63,786 nt of DNA, filler included, from Octopus bimaculoides (GCF_001194135.2; 5 parts of 5 records of this genome joined end to end with filler, not necessarily neighbours in it), one strand, 5' to 3'. Shown: positions 40,521-52,523, numbered from the whole stretch's first letter. Program-made: numbers and translations. Notes: generated by a model from the sequence alone, not told the origin.

Positions 40521-40755
40521 AGGGAGACACAGGAAGGGGCTGGGGGAGAAAGAGGAGTGGTAGTAATTGTTTGAAGTAAATATTAGTGTTGTTAATGGAA
40601 TTCTTAATTGGCGTCATCTCAAACATTATTCTGTTAATGGTCTTACCAACGGATGGAAAATCAATCAATGTCTTAATCGACGATGATAGCAAGGAAAGGA
40701 AAATGCAATGACACTGCTTAACCAGTAGGAGGAGTGCTTAATGCTAAAGTCTTAC

Positions 40756-40977
40756 CAATGAAGGGAGAGTCTCCACATGTCCTTAACCGGATGTGGTCAC
40801 TTTCTACAAGTTCCATCTTCATTGTATGATTTTCTTCAATCCAGAACGAAATCAGTTCCTCTTGGCGTTCGACTTCAGGCTGACTTATAATTGTCAGGGC
40901 ATTCAATTCCTCTTTGCAGATCAAAGATACCAGGTCTTCTAATTTCAAAGCATCAGATTCACCGACTGCTGCCACCT
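40756..40977 (-). CDS. ARPIN: Arpin coding exon 4 (VAAVGESDALKLEDLVSLICKEEL...FWIEE...IRLRTCGDSPFI)
   Basis: Acceptor ttcttctaccag|, donor ATTG|gtaaga, 222 nt, phase 1-1. Matches human VEAKGDTDRL...FWMPE...VRLKTRGDGPFL. Confidence 0.95.
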
Positions 40978-41971
40978 CTGGTAGAAGAAGATACTGAAAG
41001 ATGGTATTTTGCCATGGAAGAGAGAATACAGTATTAACAACCATATCTTAGCATTACCTGAGCAGTAAATCTGTTGGTGTTGAGGGGAGGAGAGGCGCTC
41101 TATGTGGTGTGGCAGACATAAAAAATGTGGACTGCACCCATTTTTGTTNNNNNNNNNNNNNNNNNNNNNNNNNNNNNNNNNNNNNNNNNNNNNNNNNNNN
41201 NNNNNNNNNNNNNNNNNNNNNNNNNNNNNNNNNNNNNNNNNNNNNNNNNNNNNNNNNNNNNNNNNNNNNNNNNNNNNNNNNNNNNNNNNNNNNNNNNNNN
41301 NNNNNNNNNNNNNNNNNNNNNNNNNNNNNNNNNNNNNNNNNNNNNNNNNNNNNNNNNNNNNNNNNNNNNNNNNNNNNNNNNNNNNNNNNNNNNNNNNNNN
41401 NNNNNNNNNNNNNNNNNNNNNNNNNNNNNNNNNNNNNNNNNNNNNNNNNNNNNNNNNNNNNNNNNNNNNNNNNNNNNNNNNNNNNNNNNNNNNNNNNNNN
41501 NNNNNNNAACGAAATGGGATGTGGCCCACATTCTTTACGTCCGCCATGTGGTGTCTTGATCTGCTAGAAACAAAAGCTGAATTTCCCAGCCTTGGGTCAA
41601 CCAAAGCTTTGTGATTGGATTTGGGAGATGGAAACTGAAAGAAGCCCATCATGTGTGTGTGTGTGTTTTTTTGGTTGTCACCACAGCTTGACAACCAGTG
41701 TTGCTGTGTTTACCTCCCTGTGACTTAGTGATTCAGCAAACGAGACTGATAAAATAAGTATCAGGCTTAAAAAAAGAATAAATGCTGGGGTCAATTCATT
41801 TGACTAAAACTTTTTCAAGGTGGTGCCCCAGCATGGCCAGGAACAAGTTTTACTAAATCCCTACAAATTCTTGATTATTTTCAAAATTGAATGTAGAATG
41901 GAGATTGTGTATTTCGTAAGAAAATATGGTCAGAAAAGGGTTAATGATGGAGGAAGATTTGAAACACTTAC

Positions 41972-42104
41972 TGTATGAAGAATTTAGAAAACCAGTTGAG
42001 ACTTTCTTAGTTTCACTGAAATTTGGTTCAATTTCTTTGTTTGTGGCATCAAACTTTCTCTTGTGAGCTCTCTGGCAGGCAATGTGCAAGACCACATAAC
42101 GGAA
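41972..42104 (-). CDS. ARPIN: Arpin coding exon 3 (FRYVVLHIACQRAHKRKFDATNKEIEPNFSETKKVSTGFLNSSY)
   Basis: Acceptor (ct)n-cttccacag|, donor TACA|gtaagt, 133 nt. Diagnostic match to human HRRKFDAKGNEIEPNFSATRKVNTGFLMSSYKV. Confidence 0.96.
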
Positions 42105-42107
42105 CTG

Positions 42108-42145
<38 letters not shown>

Positions 42146-43918
42146 AAACCAGAATATTAATCATGGCAATGTTGCGTAGCTAAAGGTGGGTGAAGATTAG
42201 GACAGTGGAAGGTGAGAATGGGATAGCAGTAATTATAGCTACCTGTTGTATATGAGTAAAAAACAGAAAGGTGAGGGGGTCAAACACAACAACAGTCTGT
42301 ACATACACAATTGGAACTATAACAATAATGAATAGATGATAAGACAGGAACCACTAATAGTAATGAAACTGAAAAAAACAGAACATGGATATAATATACG
42401 GTGGTGGGGGGGGGGGCTGACAAATTCCTGGCTTTGGGTAAAAGAAAATAGAGGAGGATCGAGTAATTATGATTTTATTCAACACATTGCAAGACAGTGT
42501 GTGAGAAAATTGTGATGTCATAGGAGAGAAATGTGTCTGTAAGGAAGAGGGTGCACCTGCATTTAACCCTTTCGTTACCAACCCGGCTGAAACCAGCTCT
42601 GGTACTGTGTACAAATGTCTTATTTTCATAAGGTTTGAATTAAAATCTTCCACCAAACCTTAGTCACAATTTATGTTCCTAAAATTAACTGAATGATAAC
42701 TAAGTTCATCATCATCATCATTATCATCATCATCATTTAACGTCCGTTTTCCATGCGGGCATGAGTTGGATGATTTGACTGGGGACTGGTGAACCAGATG
42801 GCTACACCAGGCTCCAAACTGATCTGGCAGAGTTTTTACAGCTGGATGNNNNNNNNNNACCAGGCTCCAAACTGATCTGGCAGAGTTTTTACAGCTGGAT
42901 GCCCTTCCTAACGCCAACCACTCTGAGAGTGTAGTGGGTGCTTTTTTTCAATTCCTGGCCATAATAAAATTATAAAAATTCATTGCTGTTTGGACAAGAA
43001 TTTCCTCAGTTTAATTTCTTATATGCATTAGGATTCACATATTCAATAAGACCGAAACTAAATATATCTGCTTACAAGCGTGGGCATTATTAATTAAATA
43101 TAGACAGGTAGGTACACTCAGCCACATAGACACACATACATAGAAAAGTAAACCTGAAAAATCCCAAGTGTGAAAAGCACTGAATATTCAAAAGCTGAGC
43201 ACAAGAGCTTTGTGGATTTCATTTGAAAGACAAGGCCACAACTGACAGACATTGATAATGTCAACAGCTGTAGAAAACATTGACATTATGGCAAAGGTCA
43301 GTCACACAGCATCATAATGGTAATTAGAGTGTGGGTGTGAGTGGGAGTGGTATTGCTTTCTGAAACAGTGTTGGTGGTAGTGGTTGTGTAGGTGTTAGTC
43401 AGGTTGGTTGAGTGGGTCTTAAGATTTTGATATAAAGGGAGTTTTTCACAGAAATAGTGGTGATATTAGTCTTCATTAGAGTAAAATATTGGTGTTGTGG
43501 TTTAGCTGAAGATCAGCCCTGATTCAGCAGACTCCATAATCTAAGTGATTCCAGTCAAGGGTCTTTCCATTTTTTCCTGCCTCACCAAAATATTACCATG
43601 CCCCACGTTGGGAATCACGAGTCTTGATAGTTTAATTGGTAGGCATTTTGATAAAGAGGCAGGGAAAATGACTTGACGGAACAGAGACAGATAGAGATGG
43701 AGAGATAGAGAGAGAGAGTGAGACAGAGATAGAGAGAGAGAGAGAGAGAGTTAGACAGAGATAGAGAGAGAGAGAGAGTGAAACAGAGATAGAGAGAGAG
43801 TGAGAGACCTAGACAAAGGTAGAAAGAGAGATAGATAGAAACTGAAAGAGGGTATAATGTTGTGAGGTCACTATGTAAGGGAAACTCAGCAGAAAATCCA
43901 TAGAGTTTGGCAACTCAC

Positions 43919-43994
43919 CTTATTTTTGTCTACATCTGTGATTGCCAGCCGAGATCGACCTTGGATGGTGCCTTCTACAATAACACCACAGCCA
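43919..43994 (-). CDS. ARPIN: Arpin coding exon 2 (GCGVIVEGTIQGRSRLAITDVDKNK)
   Basis: Acceptor ctttcttttctttacag|T, donor AAG|gtgagt, 76 nt, phase 2 to 0. Matches human GNGVLLEGELIDVSRHSILDTHGRK. Confidence 0.93.
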
Positions 43995-44929
43995 CTGTAA
44001 AGAAAAGAAAGTTTATGTTTATTGTAAAGAATGGGGGATTGTAAAGATAGATAAAGACACACAAGTCTCTGTTTGTACAGTTAATTAATTAATGAATGAA
44101 TGAATTAATTAATACGGCACTAAACAGTATTTGTTGCATAATCTGAGATTATCCTTTAGCTTGAACTTGTTTTAGTAATTAGATTGTGGCCATACTGGGG
44201 CACTGCCATGAAGAACTTTTAGTTGAACAATTGGACCTTCCTACCACACAGCCATACCTGTGCCTGTATCGCAAAGTATTAGGGTTTATGGAGGGCCAAA
44301 GTTGGGAAAGTAATTCTGAGGGGACAGAGATAAATGATTACATCAACTTATTCTATCGGTCTCTTTTTGCCGAACTGTCAAGTTACAGGGACATAAACAC
44401 CCCAACACCGGTTGTCAAGCAGTAGAGGGTAACAAACACACATACACACACACACACATACACATATATACAAACTTCTTTCAGTTTCCATCTATCAAAT
44501 CCACTCACAAGGCCTTGGTCTACATGTGGCTATTCTGTGTCATTCAGTGGGACTGAACCTGAAACCATGTGGTTGGGAAGCCAGCTTCCTACCACACAGC
44601 CATGACTGTGCCTATATGTATGGCAAAGTATTTCTAATCAGTTTTTCTCATATAGGCACAAGCAATTCTGAGGGGACAGGGACAAATGGTTACATCAACT
44701 CTAGTTCTCAACCACTACTTATTTTAACAATCCCGAAAAGATGAAAGACAAATTTCACTTTGGTAGCATTTGAGGTGATGGCTCTGGCTGGATTGTTAGC
44801 CTGATGGACAAAATGCTTGGCAGCATTTTGTCCATCTTGGCATTCTGAGTTCAAATTTCACTGAAGTCGACTTTGCTCTTCATCCTTTGGGGTTGATAAA
44901 ATAAGTACCAGTTAGATATTGAGGCCAAA

Positions 44930-45075
44930 TTGGAATTGAGTGCCTCCTTGGCACAGCCAGAATAATCAGGAAAGTATTAGATAGTTGAAGAGAACAGAAA
45001 GTATGGTACCATAAGCTGCAGACAGTAAGCCCGCTATGCATGAAAGATTCCAGGAGTTCCAACAACACCTGAGAG
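44930..45075 (+). mobile_element. Retroelement C-terminal fragment, most like R4 (CLLGTARIIRKVLDS*)
   Basis: Same LLGTAR motif as the 56.1-kb copy. The downstream peptide also resembles a Penelope GIY-YIG end, so the call is ambiguous. Confidence 0.55.
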
Positions 45076-45084
45076 TGTTAAACT

Positions 45085-45240
45085 CTTTCGATACTCAAAT
45101 TAGGAACACCTTCATTTGTTGAGTATATAAACAGTTTGACTGATTGTTTCTCTGGAGATTGTCAGAATGATGTAGACGCCTCTGATGAGAACCCAATAAG
45201 GTTTGAAAATCATTTAAGGTTGTCCATCACCTTTTCAGTC
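45085..45240 (+). mobile_element. Penelope-type pLTR fragment carrying a hammerhead (copy 1)
   Basis: About 155-bp repeat with an inverted paralogue at 47655-47810; contains a hammerhead. Confidence 0.65.
45169..45228 (+). ncRNA. Type I minimal hammerhead ribozyme motif
   Basis: GCCT-CTGATGA-GAACC caataa GGTTT-GAAAA tcat TT-A-AGGT: core, stem II, 2-bp stem III, UUA site and stem I. Confidence 0.65.
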
Positions 45241-45287
45241 TGCGGAGAAATGGCTAAAATTTGCCCTGTTTATAATTATATCATGTG

Positions 45288-45325
<38 letters not shown>

Positions 45326-45335
45326 NNNNNNNNNN

Positions 45336-45369
<34 letters not shown>

Positions 45370-46251
45370 TCTCTGAGTGGTTGGCGTTAGGAAGGGCATC
45401 CAGCTGTAGAAACTCTGCCAAATTTAGATTGGAGCCTGGTGTTGCCATCTGGTTTCACCAGTCCTCAGTCAAATCGTCCAACCCATGCTAGCATGGAAAG
45501 CGGACGTTAAACGATGATGATGATGATGATATGTATAATTTAATTAGAGGATATGTTAATCTCGTGAAGGAATGGTGACATCCAAGGTAATACTGGTTCA
45601 ATACCTAGTCTTGTTGGAGAATGAAATTCCCTAAAAACAATAGGTATATATTAAGCATATAGTTTATATCCAGTTAAAAGAAGAAAACAAAATGGATAGA
45701 AGGAAGTTAATTCACATTATTTACATTTGACAGATATTTGTCCTCAACTTGTTTTTTTTTTGTTAGCAACAAACAAGATGAGGACAAATATCTGTCAAAT
45801 GCATTTGTATTATATATATATGTATAAATTTTTTTCTCTCTCCATTTTTTTCCCCACTGAATCCTTGTCAAAGAAGTAGGCTTGAGACATCAAAGACTTT
45901 TCCATTCTTCCCGAGCATCAAACTAATACATCTGCTTGTTGTTCCCTTGCCTGCTTTCATCTTTTGTTTTCTGTAAATTTGAACTACATATGTGTGTGTG
46001 TGTGTGTTCGTGCGTGTGTGCGTTGAATTCTAGAAGGAAAGTTCTGGTATGTTGTTGATGGTGATATTTCTTGTGTGAGAGTGCTTCCTAATGTCATATG
46101 ATCTGTTTTGCACAAGGATGTCTTTTGTACATTAAAATCATCTTCCCTAATGTTATATAACACACGTATACAGAATCATACAAGTACTCTACTATGAGTG
46201 TATAGCTTGTTACAGGAGATTCCAGCATACAATATACATACACACACACAC

Positions 46252-46282
<31 letters not shown>

Positions 46283-46380
46283 CATACATACATACACACA
46301 GTATATATATATATACATACACACACACATTCATAAATGTGTGTGTATATATATAAGCAATGATGATGATGATGATGATG

Positions 46381-46411
<31 letters not shown>

Positions 46412-46800
46412 TATGAATGTAAATTTATTATAAGAACATAAAAACAAACATTATTGTATACACACACACACACAATGTATGGATAAATAATTCTTTACGT
46501 TTTATGTGTGTTAGCTATCAACTTTAATCTGGTTATCTCCCTTCTATAAATGTATGTCTATTTTTCACGTACGCACACACACGCGCCCCCCCCACTATTG
46601 TGCATACCTATACCCCCTCCCCCATCGCTACCAAGGAAAAATACTCTTTCATTATAGGATGGGTTACGACACAATTAAGCTGCTTGTTTTCCACTTTAAA
46701 TACTTACAAAACCACAACACAAATATTTCGAGGATTTTTCTCCTATGATACTGCAATATTTCCTTCGTTTTGAAACAACTACTTAAATAAATAAACTCGC

Positions 46801-46831
<31 letters not shown>

Positions 46832-47176
46832 GTCGTCGTCGTCATCTCACGTCTGCTTTTCCTGATGGCATGGGTTGGACGGCTTGACAATTTTTTATTC
46901 TGTTACATCGTTGTTGAAAGACACCCGAATCTGCTTTAGTTAAATAGCTCCAGTGATTGACATTCTTATGCAATTAACAGAAAATGCATAATGAGCAATA
47001 ATTAACAAAATTGCACTTTATTGCCAGTAGTAAGCTATTGTGTGACTGAGTGGTTAAGAAAGCCAATTTGCAACCATGTAGTTGTGGGTTCAAGCTCACT
47101 GCATGGCACCCTGGGTAAGTGTCTTTTATGAACGAATTTCGTAGATAGAAACTGTATGGAAGCCCATTGTATACGC

Positions 47177-47207
<31 letters not shown>

Positions 47208-47237
47208 GACACACACACACACACATCTGTCTATCCA

Positions 47238-47650
47238 TAGGTGCAGGAGTGGCTGTGTGGTAAGAAGCTTGCTTCCCAATCACATGGTCCTGGGTTCAGT
47301 CTCACTGCATGGGACCTTGGACAAATGACTGCTGTTGTGTGGGGCTGACCAAAGCCTTGTGAGTAGATTTGGTAGATGGAAACTGAATGAAGCCCATTGT
47401 GTGTGTGTGTGTATGTGTGTATGTTTTCTCTCCTCTCTATTAGGAGGCACAAACACTTTCACACACATGATGGGAACTTCTGCCTATCAAATTCAATCAC
47501 AAGGCTTCAATATGTTTGTGTGCTTGTGTTTGTCCTCCACCATCATTTGATAACCGATGTTGGTGTGTTTACATCCCTGTAACTTGGATGCTCGGCAAAA
47601 TAGTCTGATAGAATAAGTCCAAGCCTTAAAAGTGGGGGGAAAGTACTAGG
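47238..47650 (+). mobile_element. SINE family A copy in Arpin intron 1
   Basis: Aligns to the 26717 copy; most CpGs are decayed. Confidence 0.8.
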
Positions 47651-47665
47651 GTTGACTGAAAAAGT

Positions 47666-47725
47666 GATGAACAACCTTAAACGATTTTTGAACCTTATTG
47701 GGTTCTCATCAGAGGCATCTACATC
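47666..47725 (-). ncRNA. Hammerhead motif, copy 2, with G12>A (GAAA to AAAA)
   Basis: CTGATGA-GAACC caataa GGTTC-AAAAA tcgt TT-A-AGGT on the minus strand. Confidence 0.6.
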
Positions 47726-49029
47726 ATTCTGACAGTCTCTAGAGAAACAAGCAGTCAAACTGTTTATATACTCAACAAATGAAGGAGTTTCTAATTTGAA
47801 TACCGAAAAACATGGTGGAATTTGAACTCCAGTAGTCTTTAACTTAGTGAAATGGTAAGAATGATGTAAATGAGTTAACCATTTAGCATTTAAACTGGCC
47901 ATATCCACCTCTAACATACTGTCTGCTTTATGATCAAACCAGTGAGATCTGTTCTTTTATATCTACCCTACAATGTCATACTGAAAATAAATCTTTTAAA
48001 TCGGATAGTTGTGAGAAAAAATAAGATTAATTGAAAACAATGTGAATAAATAAACGCCATATTCCACAGAGTGACCTGAATGTTAAAGGGTCAAGGCCTT
48101 TGAGACTGGTTGTTTGAACAACCAGCTGTCATTTGCAACCAGGTATGGTTTGGTTGCATGTTACCTTGCTTTTGTTAATTGTCGTCATGGATGACTTCAT
48201 AGATGCATGTAGACACTGACATCGTCTCAAACCACTCACCCTTGATTCAAAAGAACATCCAGGATGTAACAGATGAATGGAGAGAGGGTTGGCACCCATT
48301 ACAGCTGAGTGGGCTCATGCAATGTGGAATAGTGTACCTGGTTCAAAAACACAATGTACATCTCAGTACAGAAATTGAAACTATGGTCTAATGGTCATAG
48401 GCCAAACGCCCCTAACCACTGTCATTTCAGCTCGTTATGTAGACAGTACATTCAATAATTACTTTAGTTTTATGAAATTAAATATTCCATTTTTTTTTAT
48501 GATGTTTCATGAATGTTTTTCTTAAAACTGGTGAAATTCTTAAGCATTTAACTGAAATTGATTTTATTTGCATGAGGAGTTGACTGATCAATATTACAGA
48601 ATTGAGGGCAAACTGTTTGGCGTTTGGAAAGGTTATCCGATTGTCTGGTGTACAATGAAGTAGAATCAACTGTGTGTATGTATCTGTGTGTGCGCATGTG
48701 TGTGCATATGTATGTTCATACATACACACACACACACACAGACACATATATACATTTATTTATATACATAGATATAAACATACGTATATATTATCATCGT
48801 TTAACGTCCACTTAAACGGACATGTACTGGGCAGTTTGACATGGAGCTGGCTAGCAGGAAGCTGTCCAGACTCCAGCTCTCTGTTGTGGCATTGTTTCTA
48901 TGGTTGGATGCCCTTCCTAATGCCAACCACTTATCAGAGTGTGCTGGGTGCTTTTTGCATGGCACTGTCACAGGTGCATTTACATAGTTCTTCCTAGGTC
49001 TACCCACCCCATCCACAAATACCCTCCAC

Positions 49030-49270
49030 AGTTAGAACTCAGCACTTCTTTACACAGCTGTCCTCATCCATACACATCACATGACCAAACCAGCACAGTC
49101 GTCTCTCTCTTGCACACAACATCTGATGCCTCTTGTACCCAGTTTTCCTCTTAAATCATTTACACTGTGCCATGCCTGCACACTGACATTACCCATCCAG
49201 CAGAGCATGCTAGCTTCATGTCTTTCAAGCCTTCACAACTCCTCTGTAGTCAAAGACCATGTTTCATAGG
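49030..49270 (-). mobile_element. RTE LINE ORF fragment in Arpin intron 1
   Basis: ETWSLTTEEL*RLERHEASMLCWM...RRLCWFGHVMCMDEDSC. Confidence 0.85.
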
Positions 49271-49464
49271 CCATGTGACATAGCTGTACATACAAAGGCA
49301 TCATACAATCTGATGATATACTTATGGTTTATCTAAGCAGTAGGGTACAGTATTAAGCTCATCCACCTTCAGATCTCACCCTTTGCTATCCAGAAGTAGT
49401 ATTATACGTACTTCCAGGTTTGCATTTGGACCTCTCTTGTGTGTGAATAGAGAAGTGAAAAAAA

Positions 49465-49986
49465 TTGGAGTCAACCCAGAAGGTGTACAGTTGGACATTT
49501 ATTTTTTAATCACTACAATTGTTTCCACGCAACGTAGTTCTCCAGGTATGCAGGTACTTGATTATGCAACCATTTCCCTGCATTATGAGATCTAGTTGTG
49601 TTTCCTCAGGTGATACATAAATATTGTCTCCATAAGTTCAAATTCCTGGCTTCAAGAACATCCTTTCTGTCTGCCGTGGCCTGAATTTAGTAGAAGTCAC
49701 AGAATTTATCAAGGTGTGTTGTTGTTGCTGAAGGACCATTGGCAAACTCAGCAACTTCTCCTAAATTCAGGCCATGACAGACAGAAAGGATGTTCTTGAA
49801 GCCAGGAATTTGAACTTATGGAGACAATATTTATGTATCACCTGAGGAAACACAACTAGATCTCATAATGCAGGGAAATGGTTGCATAATCAAGTACCTG
49901 CATACCCGGAGAACTACGTTGCGTGGAAACAATTGTAGTGATTAAAAAATAAATGTCCAACTGTACACCTTCTGGGTTGACTCCAA
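49465..49986. repeat. Foldback/MITE-like inverted repeat, 233-bp arms and 56-bp spacer
   Basis: 49465-49697 versus 49754-49986: 4 mismatches and no indels by direct comparison. Confidence 0.95.
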
Positions 49987-49994
49987 ATCTTTTC

Positions 49995-50043
<49 letters not shown>

Positions 50044-50329
50044 TTCACATTATATATATATGCAAGCGTCTAGAGCCACCATGTTAGCTTTGGTGAGGTT
50101 CAACAGCTAGACACCCTTAATAATGCCAATACCTTTACAGTGTGTACCGGTTGATTTTTACATACAACATAAGGTAGGGATAGTGGATATAGTGGGGCCA
50201 GGTACACAAGTGCCCACTTTGCTGGAGGGAATTCTTGATTATTGACCAGGGAAAACCGTCTTTCCTTCTGTGTGCAATTGCTGACCTCTTTTCAATCCCA
50301 AATAGCCTTACAATGTAGGGCAAAGAGGA

Positions 50330-51060
50330 AAACCCATCCTGCAAGTAGTGCAGAGCAATTTGTTAGTACTCTGACCTGCATTTTAACCAGGAGCAATTAA
50401 GACACCGAGAGAAGGTCACTAGAAAGTGAAGACATGACAAGGACATCACAGATGCTTCCGAATGGATAGACCTGCAGAAGGTTAAGACCAACAAACAACG
50501 GTCAGCACTGGTCAAGGATATCAGATTGTTAAAGAAGGTGACAAGGCTCCCAAGATGAAGGCAGCAGTAGGAGACCTGTTTTCTATTTTACCTCAGGCTG
50601 TGAGATGCAAATGGACTTGAATGGCAAACTTGTCTTCCTTGAGGAGGCAGCGATAATATCACTGATGTGTTCCTACAACCTAGGAGTGCAAAAATACCTG
50701 TTGTGGTTGAATTTACAGTGCCCAGGGAGGACAGGCTTAATATTTCTCACCAGCTGAAGAAAGCTACATATCAGGACTTGACCAATGAGGTTCTTGTCAA
50801 GGGATCGTATAGAGCTTTATTCCCCACTGAAGCAACTTTCCAGCTACATTGGTGTGCTATTTCTTGCACAAGATTGGCCTGGAACCCAGACAACTGAAGA
50901 AAACCAACAAGGAGATGGACAAAGCAGCTGAAACTAGTTCTAAGATGGCTGTAGTTGATAACAGACTGCAAGATGGATCAAAGATGTATTCAGTTCTTGC
51001 TGCTCCACTCAGGTGTAGAGGAAAAGAGATGAAGTGCTTGTGACCCCGAGATAGCCACAG
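50330..51060 (+). mobile_element. HERO-like non-LTR retrotransposon fragment (restriction-like endonuclease)
   Basis: K*RHDKDITDASEWIDLQ; EMQMDLNGKLVFLEE; VVVEFTVPREDRLNISHQLKKATYQDL...LFPTEA; FLHKIGLEPRQLKK...AAETSS. Confidence 0.72.
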
Positions 51061-51182
51061 ATTATACAGATAGGTCTCTGCTATTGAAATAGATTCAGAA
51101 GAGCTTCCATACAAGGAAAAACATCATCACTATATGTATGTATGTATGTATGTGTGTGTGTGTACATTTATATATGTTTACG

Positions 51183-51385
51183 TAAAATTAGTGTACATTT
51201 AAACACATAAGAGGTGTCTTGACAGGACACCTAGCATACTAGAAGGACCAGTCAAAATCCAAACCACAGTTAGGGGTAATTTTGAAGGGACACCTAACCA
51301 TGGTTTGGATTTTGACTGGTCCTTCTGGTATGCTAGGCGTCCTGTCAGGGGCACCTCTTATGTGTTTAAACGTACACTAATTTTA
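51183..51385. repeat. Foldback/MITE-like inverted repeat, about 85-bp arms
   Basis: taaaattagtgtac...ccaaacca is mirrored by tggtttgg...gtacactaatttta, with a few mismatches and one indel. Confidence 0.9.
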
Positions 51386-52456
51386 TATGAATAATATATA
51401 GTCTATTGACTATTTTCTGCATGCCAGGCAACTGGCAGAAAAAAATTCTATAATTTTTTCCTACCCTGTATATCTTTCCTTATATATTTATGTATAATAA
51501 AAGGACATGAATGTGCTTTAAAATTTAAACCCCATCTGCGTTCTTTTGAATCCCTACCCTGCATCTAAAACCAGCCCTGAGTTGGTTCTGTGGTTTAAAT
51601 TGGATTTGGTATTTACATATCTACAACACGTGATGCTTTCATGGGGGTCTTACCTCATTGTGTACCCTATGTTATTGGACCTAGCCATTTCTAGCGTCCT
51701 ACGTGTTGTGCCTAGATTCTAATGAATCCTATAACTAACTAATATGTGTGTGTGTCTAAATATATTTGTGTGTATGTGTGCGTGCGTGTGTGCATATATA
51801 GAAATACGAACACCATATATGTCATATATATTATATATGCACGCATATCATTATGCTGAACCGGTGTAGAAATCGCTATGCGGTCGCTCGATTTGTTAGA
51901 AATAGCAGCTTAATTTTTTTCGAATCATATCATCTTAAAAAAAAGAAAATCACTTTTGATGTTGTAGTTCCTGGTATACAGTAACTAGAATATCCAGTAA
52001 CTGGCACGATTTTATTCATAAATCTTCTCGNNNNNNNNNNNNNNNNNNNNNNNNNNNNNNNNNNNNNNNNNNNNNNNNNNNNNNNNNNNNNNNNNNNNNN
52101 NNNNNNNNNNNNNNNNNNNNNNNNNNNNNNNNNNNNNNNNNNNNNNNNNNNNNNNNNNNNNNNNNNNNNNNNNNNNNNNNNNNNNNNNNNNNNNNNNNNN
52201 NNNNNNNNNNNNNNNNNNNNNNNNNNNNNNNNNNNNNNNNNNNNNNNNNNNNNNNNNNNNNNNNNNNNNNNNNNNNNNNNNNNNNNNNNNNNNNNNNNNN
52301 NNNNNNNNNNNNNNNNNNNNNNNNNNNNNNNNNNNNNNNNNNNNNNNNNNNNNNNNNNNNNNNNNNNNNNNNNNNNNNNNNNNNTACACACATATCTGTA
52401 TATAATTATATATGTGGTAGCATTTGTGTGACATAGAGAAATGGGTGTGTAACATA

Positions 52457-52523
<67 letters not shown>

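Noticed and set aside
40654-40678. Possible extra Arpin micro-exon ending TTG|gtaaga
   Set aside because: It would introduce an in-frame TGA, and exons 4 and 5 already join in phase.
42790-42900. Direct duplication of an RTE tail across a 10-N gap
   Set aside because: Overlapping contig ends, so an assembly artefact.
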